From Diplonema japonicum (taxonomy: Eukaryota; Protista; Euglenozoa: Diplonemea), in NCBI GenBank assembly GCA_964019335.1, contig OZ025739.1, positions 62,001 through 126,000 of the forward strand: a stretch of DNA of 64,000 bases, written 5' to 3'. The notes below the pieces were generated by a model. That model was not told where the DNA came from. It did not search any database and saw nothing but the letters and a program-made list of their open reading frames with translations. This document shows positions 23,523 to 33,469 of this stretch, piece after piece. Position numbers and translations under genes: made by a program. Positions within the stretch are counted from its first letter, which is position 1. Every line of letters starts with the position of its first letter.

Positions 23523-24374
23523 ATGGGCCCGAAATGCGACAAGGCGGCGCAGTACCAGTTCGACAACAGCGCGTTTAACGTGACAAGGGAACAGGCGATC
23601 GAGTGGGTGAACAAGGTGCTGGAGCACGACTTCGAAGACGTCGAGGACATGTCGATGAGGGGCAGCGAGTGGTGCCAGCTGGTGCACTTCTGCACCATCC
23701 CAGAGGAGGGCATTGTCGACATCGAGAAGGTACAGTTCCAGCAGAAGCTGGACAGACAGCAAGTGGACACCAACTACGAAATCTTAAAATGCGCGCTTGC
23801 AAGGCTTGGGGTGGACTGCCCGTTCCTAGAGGGGAAAGAAGAGGAATTAAAGATGGGGTGTTACTCTGAGGCAATTGACTTCCTCCACTGGTTGAAGCAC
23901 TTTGTACAATACATGGGAGCCCCGATGTATTCCCACCCTAAAGATGACCGCGAAGAAGTCTTAACAAAGCAGCATGAAGCGGAGAGAACAAGGGTTGCTG
24001 GAGCAAAGAAAGCCCAGGAACAATCAGTGAGAAGAGCCACACGTGGGGGGGTGTCAAGGCGTGCTACACACCCACGTGTAGAAACCAACAGAGCGGCACC
24101 GAAAACCCGTTTGAGGGACACAACGAACACAGTGCAACCTAGGGCTACTAAGGCAGCCTCTGCAGGTGCCCCTCCTCAGGTTGTTGAAGGGTACCAGCGT
24201 AAGGTTTCAGAGCTCGAAGCAGAGCTTGCGTCCAACCAGGAGTTGTTGCAACGCCTTGCCACCAGCTTCGACCGTACCTTCAAGAACGTGAACCAGTTCC
24301 TCTCCTCGTCAGATGTGCACCCTGAAGTTACGCAGCACGTGGGGTACATGCTGCAGAATTTCATGGCAAACTAG
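23523..24374 (+). CDS. EB1: EB1/RP-like microtubule end-binding protein (divergent)
   Basis: TREQAIEWVN..VEDM..G..CQL..KVQF..NYEIL..FLHWLK calponin-homology pattern, followed by a linker and coiled coil. Confidence 0.7.
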   Translation: MGPKCDKAAQYQFDNSAFNVTREQAIEWVNKVLEHDFEDVEDMSMRGSEWCQLVHFCTIPEEGIVDIEKVQFQQKLDRQQVDTNYEILKCALARLGVDCPFLEGKEEELKMGCYSEAIDFLHWLKHFVQYMGAPMYSHPKDDREEVLTKQHEAERTRVAGAKKAQEQSVRRATRGGVSRRATHPRVETNRAAPKTRLRDTTNTVQPRATKAASAGAPPQVVEGYQRKVSELEAELASNQELLQRLATSFDRTFKNVNQFLSSSDVHPEVTQHVGYMLQNFMAN

Positions 24375-24571
24375 TTTTCCTCCTCTTTTTTTTTTGTACA
24401 GAGTTTACCCCTCACCCCCCCCTTTTTTTTTAGAAAACAAATCTCCCCCCCCCCTTCCCCGCGTGTTAAATTGGATAGATTCCTCCCTTTTCCCCAATTT
24501 TTTTTCTTTTTTTAGACTTTTCTTTTTTCCATTGTTCCCCCCCCCCCCCCCCCCGGCCTTTTTAATTATTA

Positions 24572-24975
24572 TTATACAATTGCACACCACCATCTCGTAC
24601 TTGTCATTCTCGCCTGCGCGTCGTCACCGTCCCCACGCCGCACTGGTGTGGTGTCATTGCTGAAGCCGTTCGTCAGTCCTTCCCGAACAGCGCATGACTT
24701 CTCGAGGATCTGCGACATCTTTCTCTGAGGATACAGCCTCGGGGGTGTTTGTAGGTCCACCGAGAGCCTGTCACTCTCCCAGCCGCCCACCAGAGACGCG
24801 TCCCATCGTATCCCCCCAGGAGCTCGAAGTACCCGTCTGTGCTCATTTTCTCCTTGGAGTAGCCCACCACGATGCGGTATGCCTTCTCCACCTGTACCGC
24901 GCGAGAGAGAACTTCCCGTCGCCGCTTCGGGTTGGTGGCGGTGCGTCATGTCCACGTTCCGGATCCCTCCTTTGA
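24572..24975 (-). pseudogene. Degenerate coding fragment on the minus strand, possibly a retroelement relic
   Basis: GC-rich island in a spacer. Broken minus-strand frames (QVEKAYRIVVGYSKEKMSTDGYFELLG) loosely resemble the post-RT region of non-LTR elements. Confidence 0.25.
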
Positions 24976-25042
24976 AAAGTTTTCCCTAAAAAACAAAACA
25001 AAACAAAAATTTTTGTTCCCATACCAAAATAGATTCCACCAA

Positions 25043-25831
25043 ATGGGACAAGACAACCCGCTAGATGTTAGTTGCAATCTGTACCAGGAGGCGCTGAATT
25101 GGTACTGGGGTCTGGAAGGGCACCCGGTTGGAGATGCTGAAGCAGTTCAGGCATTTGAAACAGCGGCAGAATTGGGCCATCCGGGGGCACAGCTGCAGAT
25201 GGGGGTGTTTTACAAGCTGGGGGGCTTGAAGGGAAAGGACAGCGAGAAGGCAGCGGACCTGTTCGAAAAGGTAAGGGACAAGAAGGAGTGGTTCATCAAC
25301 CGGGCAGAGCAGGGCGAGGCTCTAGCACAATGGCAGTTAAGCAGATTGGTGGCACACGGTGTTGTGACAGGGAAGTCTGATGCAATGGATTGGTGCAAGG
25401 CAGCAGCAGAGCAGGGGTACGCGCTAGCTCAGTTCGACCTCTCACAGTGTTACTACACCGGTGAGGGTGTGCCTCAAGACTCTACACTTGCGATCCTGTG
25501 GTGCCGCAGAGCGGCGGATCAGAAGCTTGTTGAGGCTGTATTTTGGCTTGGGCACATTCTAGGTGGGCCAGGCGTGCCTCACAAATGTGATTCAGCAGGT
25601 GCTGCGTGGCTGCGGCAGGCCGCAGCTTTGGGTCACTGCGCAGCACAGCGATTGCTTGGCTTCCACTACTCTGCAACGAGAGAACAACCTGCTTGCAAAT
25701 GGTTGAAGAACTCCCGGGACAATGGATCGTTGCCCGCTGCGCAACTTCTTTTCCATGTTAATCACTCTCGAACGGCAAGGGCACAAGCAAAGGCACAGGC
25801 AGGAGCCATCACTGCTTCCCCAACCGGGTGA
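25043..25831 (+). CDS. Sel1-like repeat protein
   Basis: Repeated AAEQG.ALAQ..L...Y..G.GV motifs. Confidence 0.9.
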   Translation: MGQDNPLDVSCNLYQEALNWYWGLEGHPVGDAEAVQAFETAAELGHPGAQLQMGVFYKLGGLKGKDSEKAADLFEKVRDKKEWFINRAEQGEALAQWQLSRLVAHGVVTGKSDAMDWCKAAAEQGYALAQFDLSQCYYTGEGVPQDSTLAILWCRRAADQKLVEAVFWLGHILGGPGVPHKCDSAGAAWLRQAAALGHCAAQRLLGFHYSATREQPACKWLKNSRDNGSLPAAQLLFHVNHSRTARAQAKAQAGAITASPTG

Positions 25832-25863
25832 GGGGAAAAAAAAAAGTAATAATAATAATAATA

Positions 25864-26149
25864 CCGGATTTGTATTTATATTGTTCAGCTTTAATAATGG
25901 TCTGGGGATTTAGTGTACTGTATAAATTATGTACCTTTTTCGAATCTTGGACCCAACTTGGGACTTTTTACAGAACAATACAAAAAACTATTTTTATTAT
26001 TTTTGGCCTGATATTTTCTGGGATTTTTTTTTTTATATTTTTGTAATTTTTATGTTCTGTCTTAATGGTGTTCTGTAAATATTATGTACCTTTTTTCGAA
26101 TTTTGCCCAATTTGGGACTTTTCACATAACAATATAAGTACAAATCCGG
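25864..26149. mobile_element. MITE (non-autonomous Tc1/mariner/pogo-type), 286 bp
   Basis: 22-bp TIRs CCGGATTTGTATTTATATTGTT / AACAATATAAGTACAAATCCGG (one mismatch) with TA on both sides, inside a (TAA)n tract. Internal imperfect direct repeat at ~25923-25980 and ~26076-26134. Confidence 0.85.
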
Positions 26150-26742
26150 TAATAAAATAATAATAATAAGAAGGTTAGAGTTCGTTTCCCCCCCCCCCTT
26201 TTTTTACTATTATTATTAATTTTTTTTGGAAGAGAATGTTCCTTCCTCGTCAGCTTTTTTTTTTTTTTTTTATCCCCAGATCCGAGAAGTGTCGGATCAC
26301 CGCAAGCAACGATGAAGTTCTAATGTAATTTCGTATTGTTTTTTTTTTTCCTAGGGTTGGAAGGGATTTGCCCTGCAGTCCACGGCTTGCGACGTGGGTA
26401 TAATTTACTTCTCATCCCCCTGGGGGGTTTTTTTTTTTTTGTTTTGTTCTTCTTTTTTTTACCCCCTTCTTCAGTGGCTCTGCAGCCTTGTTTGCAAGAA
26501 CTACCGACCAGCCTTAAGATGCCAGGATTATGCGTCCTTTTAGGTTGCCTCTGATAATCAATGAGGACAAAGTCCTTTTTTGGGGAATAAAAAAAAAAAT
26601 CGCCCCCCCCCCCCTATCAACAACCTTCACATTTACACGTAAATAAAAAGAAGAAAAAAAAAACAATAAAGAAAACTCGTTCCTTTTTTTTTTTTTTTTT
26701 TACACACCGTATCTCTAAAACCCGGAGGTATTTTTTTTTTTC

Positions 26743-27016
26743 AGGTGGTGGGGATAACATGGAAATATAAGAAAAAGATCAGATGTGTTGTTCGCTGTTG
26801 ACCTCCTCGTCGGTCATCACCGGTAGCGCCCGAGTGGAAGAACATAATGCAGATGCTCAGGGTGACGAACAGGCAGCAAACTGCACGAGCGCAGAATCTT
26901 GGTTACCCGGGACGCACCGGCTGGGGTTGAGCTGCACACCGCACGCATTAAGGACACGACGCGGAACGCAGAAGAAGCTACAACTCGGCCGCGGTGCGCC
27001 CCCTGTAATCAAGTAG
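26743..27016. repeat. Copy 1 of a ~270-bp tandemly duplicated unit
   Basis: About 95% identical by eye to 27416-27686; starts at a polyT-CAG. Confidence 0.95.
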
Positions 27017-27415
27017 ACAGTTCTTGTGCAGGGCGCCGCCAACACCAGCCTCCTTTAACTCATATATATTTTTCTTTTTTTTTGAATTTGCAGGCACCAT
27101 AGCCTTCCCTCCCTTCTAAAAGAAAGAACAAAAGGCATTTGTTTATAGTATTTGGTCCCCCTTGCCCCCCCCCCCCCCCCCCCCACCCCCTTGTCTTTCC
27201 GTTGTTCAAAACAGGGAGAAAGACGTTTAGTGAAGGAGACTTTTTTATTTTATTTTTTTAGTTTAAACTTTTTGGTTTGGTCTTTTTTTATTTTTTTTTT
27301 TAAAGAAATAATTTCGAAAGAAGAAGAAAAGAGTGGAAAACGAGCCAAAGATTCCAATTCGATGTGGATTCTTACACTTTATAAAGGTAGAATCCCCTCG
27401 CTTTGAGTTTTTTTT

Positions 27416-27686
27416 AGGTGGTGGGGATAACATGGAAATATAAGAAGTACATCAGATGTGCTGTTCGCTGTTGACCTCCTCGTCGGTCATCACCGGTAGC
27501 GCCCGAGTGGAAGAACGTATCGCAGATGCTCAGGGTGACGAACAGGCAGCAAACTGCACGAGCGCAGAATCTTGGTTACCCGTGACGCCCCGGCTAGGGT
27601 TGAGCACACCGCACGCATTAAGGACACGACGCGGAACGCAGAAGAAGCTACTGCTCGGCCGAGGAGCGCCCCCTGTAATCAAGTAG
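27416..27686. repeat. Copy 2 of a ~270-bp tandemly duplicated unit
   Basis: About 13 substitutions and a 3-nt deletion relative to copy 1; starts at a polyT-AG. Confidence 0.95.
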
Positions 27687-27977
27687 GTAGTTCGTGCTTC
27701 ATTGCACGCTTAACGCCACCTAGTGTTGCAATCAAAGCCCCATTTTTTTTTTTTTTTCTTGGTAGGCTACGTGATTTTTTGCACAAATTTTTCGTTTTAT
27801 TTTTACTCAAAAAATGGGAGAAAAAAAAGATTTTTTTTTCTTCTCTTCCTCTCCTACACATATATATTCCCTCCTATTTTGATTTTCTCTTTTTATCTTT
27901 CTTTTCTTTCTTTTTTTTTTTTTCTTACAAAAAAAAAAAAAAAAAATCACAAACCTACTCCTAATCAAGCAGGATAT

Positions 27978-28057
27978 ATGGAAAGTGAGCTAATCGGGGT
28001 GAAATGCCAAACAGCTGACGGAACTGAGTCGCATTTTCAAATGAAGGTATATTCACT

Positions 28058-28092
<35 letters not shown>

Positions 28093-28274
28093 AGAAAACA
28101 ACGAAATTAAGGAAACTGATAGAAATGTACTGTGAGGAGAAGGAAATGGAGAACAGGGGAGGGCTGCGGTTCCTCTTTGACGGGGCCGAAATTCAGGACA
28201 CTGATACCCCAGAGAAGGTGGGAATGGAGGACTTTGATGTTATAGATGTAATGTGCTGCCAATCTGGTGGGTGA
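27978..28274 (+). CDS. SUMO: SUMO-family ubiquitin-like modifier (divergent); intron 28047-28094
   Basis: Spliced product contains HFQMKKTTKLRKLIEMYC..LRFLFDG..I..TDTP..VGMED.DVID...QSGG*. Confidence 0.85.
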
Positions 28275-28329
28275 GGTGTTTTTTTTTTTCCTTTTTTTTT
28301 TCCCCATCTTTCAAATCCACCTCCAGAGA

Positions 28330-28854
28330 ATGGGAACTGTAAAAGAAGACGAAAAAATCCGAGCCTGGTTTGAGGCTGTAGACACCGATGGGAGCGGAAA
28401 GCTAGACAACGAGGAACTCGTAGAAGCACTGCAACAAGCTGGCTTGAACTTTTCCCTCATGAGCACGGGGATGATGATCAAACTATTCGACAGGCAACGA
28501 GAGGGAAAGCTAACCCTCGATCTCTTTGTCGAGCTATACTCCTGGATCTCCCGGCAAAAAGAAGCCTTCCTAAAATTCGACACCGACAACAGCGGTAAAT
28601 TGGATCTGGACAATGGTGAGGTTCTCAGTGCAGTGATCTCTGCAGGATTCCGTCTTGATGCACATTCCTTCGATGCCGCCTTCAGGGCCTACGACCCAGA
28701 CTGTGACAGGTCGATGACGTTGACCGAGTTCGTGGGTTTGTGCGCTTTTCTTACACTTTGCTTGAACACGTTTTCAAGCTTCGACCGGGCGGGAGAAGGG
28801 GAAATAAAGCTGAATTTCTGCCAGTACGTTTTCGCATGCGCGAATTGCAAATGA
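28330..28854 (+). CDS. Penta-EF-hand Ca2+-binding protein (ALG-2/peflin-like)
   Basis: WFEAVDTDGSGKL, LFDRQREGKL, FDTDNSGKL, YDPDCDRSM and FDRAGEGEIKLNF in the PEF arrangement. Confidence 0.85.
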   Translation: MGTVKEDEKIRAWFEAVDTDGSGKLDNEELVEALQQAGLNFSLMSTGMMIKLFDRQREGKLTLDLFVELYSWISRQKEAFLKFDTDNSGKLDLDNGEVLSAVISAGFRLDAHSFDAAFRAYDPDCDRSMTLTEFVGLCAFLTLCLNTFSSFDRAGEGEIKLNFCQYVFACANCK

Positions 28855-29007
28855 AACATGAAAAAAAAAAAAAAAAAAGAAAAGTGGAAGGGAAAAAAAA
28901 AACTTTTTTTTTTAGACTTTTTTTTTTAATATTCCCCTCTATAGAATACCTACTAAACGATTTCCAGGGGGAGGGAAAGAAGAAAAAAAAAAAAGAAAAA
29001 AAAAATT

Positions 29008-29835
29008 ATGAGTGAAGAGCTGATGCCGACGCGATCGCTTCCGGGCAACTTCGCAGAACGAACTCCTTTGAGCGGGAAAGTGCAGCACAAGGCAGTGAAG
29101 GATTTCAATTTTCTAGCAAAGCCGGAGCACACGGAGGACCTACAGAAGGGCACCGCGTTCTATGGGTTTAACTGCGCCGCGGGTGGTGTGCTAGGAAGCA
29201 AGGAAAAGGACCTGATCCAGAGGGCCATCAACCTCACATCCTTCTCACCTGATTCGGATGATCAGCGGCCTCATATCGACATGGCTGATCCGAAAGATTT
29301 GAATAAGTACGTCTTCATGCTTAACAAAGCGATGTATGTTCTCCCTAAAGTTGGGAAAGACGATATCAGCCCAGAAATCCTCGCATCCTCAAAATTTCAA
29401 AAGGCATGCCAGCCCGGAGCGTGTAAAGTGTGGGATGATTGTGATCGGGCAGACACTTTCAGGTTAACAAAAACAATTATAAGAGCTGTGTACAAAATGA
29501 CGATTCAGTTTAAGTGCACGTGGGTACCCAGAGAAGATCTCCCTGACCTCATGCCACTGTGTGACGGTCTTCGTATCGACCAAGCAATTTTAATGGAACG
29601 AACAAAACGGGATAAGACCCACCAGGACTCCACCGTAAAGGTGCGGTCAATTCTTTTATACCATGTCCTTGAAGACGGGGGCATGGTGGTGACAAATTTC
29701 ACGTGTGTGGCAAACACTTCCATTCCTTCAGTTGTTGCACGGCTTGTCGACAAGCTGGGTTGGGCCGGAGCCTCGGAGGTTGCAGAAACCGCCGAGAGAA
29801 CTCGATCCTACCTCTTGGGCAACGGGAAAAAATGA
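29008..29835 (+). CDS. Hypothetical protein, possible START/SRPBCC-like fold
   Basis: 275-aa ORF ending in strand-strand-NTSIPSVVARLV..helix, reminiscent of START C-termini. Confidence 0.6.
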   Translation: MSEELMPTRSLPGNFAERTPLSGKVQHKAVKDFNFLAKPEHTEDLQKGTAFYGFNCAAGGVLGSKEKDLIQRAINLTSFSPDSDDQRPHIDMADPKDLNKYVFMLNKAMYVLPKVGKDDISPEILASSKFQKACQPGACKVWDDCDRADTFRLTKTIIRAVYKMTIQFKCTWVPREDLPDLMPLCDGLRIDQAILMERTKRDKTHQDSTVKVRSILLYHVLEDGGMVVTNFTCVANTSIPSVVARLVDKLGWAGASEVAETAERTRSYLLGNGKK

Positions 29836-30006
29836 TGGGTATAAATAATAATAAATAAATAAATAAAATAAAAAAAAAAATATTTCTGTTTAGTATTTGG
29901 GGGAAAGAACGAGGGGGAAAAAAAAAAAAAAGAAGAAAGAAAGAAAAAAAAATATATATTTCGGATTTTTTTAACAAAAAAAAAAGGGAAAAAGTGTTTT
30001 TTTTTT

Positions 30007-30575
30007 TTTTATTTCACTCTTCGTCATTTTCTTCACTCACTAGGGGCCTCATTATTTAACGCGAAATGGCCATTATTTAACGCGAAACGGCCATTATTTA
30101 ACGCGAAATCGCCATTATTTAACTAGTTAAATAATGAGATTTTGCAGTTAAATAATGGCCCTTCAGAGTGAAAAAATGGGTCTTGTCGTGGAAAAAAATG
30201 CACCCAACCCCTTGAAAAATTTTTTTGGGGTGGGGGTATTTTGACTATTTTTGGCCATCTGAGGCCATTCCAGCCCTTAAAAGTGGGAATAAGTGCCTTA
30301 CTTCCCCTTTAAATGCCACGGCGAAATAGCTACCCTGTATTACCTTAGGAAAATCCCCAAAAAGCTGACCTGCGTGAAAAAAAACAGCAGTGAAAGCAGT
30401 GAAGAGTGAGTGACTCAAATGACGAAGAGTGAAATAAAACGACTTACTTGCCGCCAAATGAGCCATTATTTAACACTCGTTACCCGTTTTTTTGCACTCG
30501 GGCCCTGCGGGCCTCGTGCAAAAAATTCGGGAACTCGAGTTAAATAATGACTCATTATTTGTTGGCAATAAATAG
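30007..30575. mobile_element. Non-autonomous element with asymmetric inverted repeats, 21-bp tandem repeats and terminal long hairpin
   Basis: Perfect 23-bp inverted repeat 30007-30029/30417-30439, 21-bp repeats from 30050, palindrome 30113-30136, hairpin 30448-30568. The structure is certain; mobility is inferred. Confidence 0.65.
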
Positions 30576-30576
30576 T

Positions 30577-30609
<33 letters not shown>

Positions 30610-32461
30610 GCTTCAGTCTCTTTTTTTTTTAAAATTTTTTTATATATTCCTCCTGCGTTGATTTATCCCCCTTATTCCCCCCCCCCCCCCCCTCGTTTCT
30701 TTTTTCTTTTTCTTCTGCGTGTCGTGTTGCTGCTTTTTTTTTTAATTTATTTGCTGGCAAGTCTCACCGTACATCACTCCGTAAGTTTTTTTCCCCCCTC
30801 TTTTTTTTTTTCTTTTTTCTTCAAAGACATCTTTTTTTATTTTTTTAAGGAGACCAAAAGGGCGGGGTTAGGCTTCCTTCCAGAGCAAACCCCGAGCATT
30901 TACACAAGGAGAACTTAATGTGTAGTGCTTGCGTTGGGGGTGTGTGTGTGTTTCTTTCTTTCTTCTGTTCCACAAAAAAAAAAAAAGAAACTACCTCTGT
31001 AAGTACTCCGGTTTTACTTTTTTTTCATTTTTTGTTCCAACCATATCTAAGTCCTTGTTAAGCGAGGTCAAGAATTGTTAAGGGGGGGGGGGGGGGGGGG
31101 TAAACACAGGGCTTTTTCTTATTTTTTTTTTATTCGCATGAAACCAAGAAAACACAGAACAACACATCAACAAATTGAATTGGTTTAGTGCCAAAAAAGA
31201 GTAGTGGTAACAGCATAGTTGGGCTTATCTTTCTATAGGTTAATCCCGGCTTCGCACAAAGCAGCAGTCAAGCCGGCTCTTTTCTTTTTCTTCCCCCCCC
31301 TTTTTTTTCCTACCTCATTTCTTGTGCTTCTCAAGTATACCCCCCCCCCCCCCCCCCCCTCTTTCCCCGTCTCTAAGGGAGATCTCACTCAACTAATAGT
31401 GTTTAAAAAAATAAAAAAGAACACAAATGGAAGAAAATTTAAGAGGGGGAGGGGGTACTTTTTTCTGTTCGGACATGCACAAAAGGATGTGGGGCCTCAC
31501 CGCAGCTGTTTTACAATGAATTCCTTATTTATTATTTTTTTTTTTCATTTTTACGAAAAACTTTTTTTTTTTCGTGTTTACCCCTGTTCCTCCTTTGTTT
31601 TTTCTCTTTTGCTTGCGCTTCTCCCATTCCCAAGGAAGAAGGAAGGGGGGGAAAAGGAGGAAAAAAAAAAGGGAAAAAGAAAAAGAAGCAAGCAAGATTG
31701 GTTCTTTGGGCTCCCAGCCCATCTTGAACCAGATATAAAAAAAAATAGAGTGAAATTCTTTTTTTTTCTTCGCAAAAAAAAAAGAACGAAAAATATGGGG
31801 GGGGGAAATATAAATCTCCCCCCAAATGCCAACGGGGGGGAGAGGGGAAAAAAGAAGCCTAATGCTATAAAAAAAAATGGAGGGAGAAAAGAAGAGAAGG
31901 GCAGTGGGGGGGGGGGGGGGGGGGGTTGTATTGTTTTTTTAATACCCCGCGTCTCTTTAACCCGTCGGTCGATCCTGGACTTGCTCTATAGGGAATTTCG
32001 GGAAACCCTTTAAGTTCAATTTCTGGTGTTCATTGCAGCCTTTGTTTTGAAAAAATAGCAATTTTCTGTGTCCTCCGAACTCAAGGGGGAAGGGGGTCGC
32101 TAAACGGGTTTGTGAGATACAAAGGTATTAAGAAAAAAGTCTTTTTTTTTTTCTCCCTTCTATTCCCTAAAAGATTTTTTTTTGGGAAAGAATATCCATC
32201 CAGCAAGAACTGATACGAGAAGGGAAAAAAAAAAAAAAAAAAAAAACAGATACATAAAACTCGAAAAAAAAAAAGGCTCGTTTTTTTATTTATTTATTCC
32301 CCTCTCTCCCCCCCTCCCTCTCCTTTCTCTATCCCCCCACTCACCCCCCCTTCATGTCCCTTCTTGTTTTTTTTTTTTTTTTTTTTTTTTTGATTCTCTT
32401 ATTTTTATTTTTTTTTATTTTTTCGTTGTCTTTTGTTAAAACAAAAAAAATTTTTTTTTCC

Positions 32462-32495
<34 letters not shown>

Positions 32496-32499
<4 letters not shown>

Positions 32500-33066
32500 T
32501 GTATTCACCGTTATCATCACCAGAGGGGGCCCCGTACCAAGCCTTGCCAACGTCAACAAACGGATTGGGTTCAGAAGCGATCAATGTAAAGGTAAGAGCC
32601 GACAAGGGCGGACAGGGTGACTTAACTGTAAGGGTGACAGGTGTGAATAGGGAGGACGACGAGGAAGAAAACGGCCCGTGGGGCGCGAAGGGCGGTCTGT
32701 GGTTCTTCTCAAGACTGCTAGTCTTCATCATGTGCATAACAATATTATCCACCAGATACTGGGCCACAGGAGGCTCTTACAATGTGGATATTGTCATGAA
32801 GGTTGATGCCGTGGGTAACGTTTCTGAGACGGCCTACCTTCTGCGCAGCGAAATAGGAGTGGTGACTGCCTGCTTCACTGGCTGGTCTGCCTCAGCATCA
32901 CTTGGGGCTCTGAATGGTGAACAGTGCGGGTACGTTTTCTCAAAGTGGAGCGAACAGCCCTGGCTTGTTTCCTTGATTTTCGGGGTGCTATTCGTCATCA
33001 CCTTGTCCTTCAGACTTTCTCTTGAAGCCGCTGAGTTACTGAACCCGGGTCATGTATGATGGAGGA

Positions 33067-33104
<38 letters not shown>

Positions 33105-33361
33105 TCCTATATTCTTCCAACACCCTACCTTGGTGGGTTTTCTTCGGCACTGGACGTGGATCACTATGCTTCTGACGTATGATTTTTTTTTTTTTTTTTT
33201 TTTTATGGGAAAAAAAAAAAATCTTTTTTAAACCAGTTGGGCCACGTTTCTTGGAGGATGGGACAATAGTAATTTTGACCCTTTGAATATTAAGTACACG
33301 CAGATTTCTGAGCTTGGATGGGGGTTCATCTTTTGGGTGGTATGGTTGAAGAGTACTTTGG

Positions 33362-33407
<46 letters not shown>

Positions 33408-33469
33408 CACAGACGCTGTGGGTCCTCTGGATGATTAAGGTGATTCTTATTATGCTAAGAAAGATATGA
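32496..33469 (+). CDS. Four-TM membrane protein (claudin/amastin-like topology); introns 33054-33102, 33177-33236, 33340-33412
   Basis: Three GTATG..AG introns give a continuous frame: TM1-YW..loop with two Cys, TM2, TM3, then LGWGFIFWVTLWVLWMIKVILIML. Confidence 0.7.

Noticed and set aside
26854-27016. SRP RNA-like hints in the 270-bp repeat (CAGG..GCAG helix, CCTGTAATC)
   Set aside because: No GNRA-capped helix 8 consensus, and the Alu-like motif is at the wrong end.
30050-30136. Regular short repeats resembling a CRISPR array
   Set aside because: 21-bp tandem units with no unique spacers, no cas genes, and a eukaryotic context.
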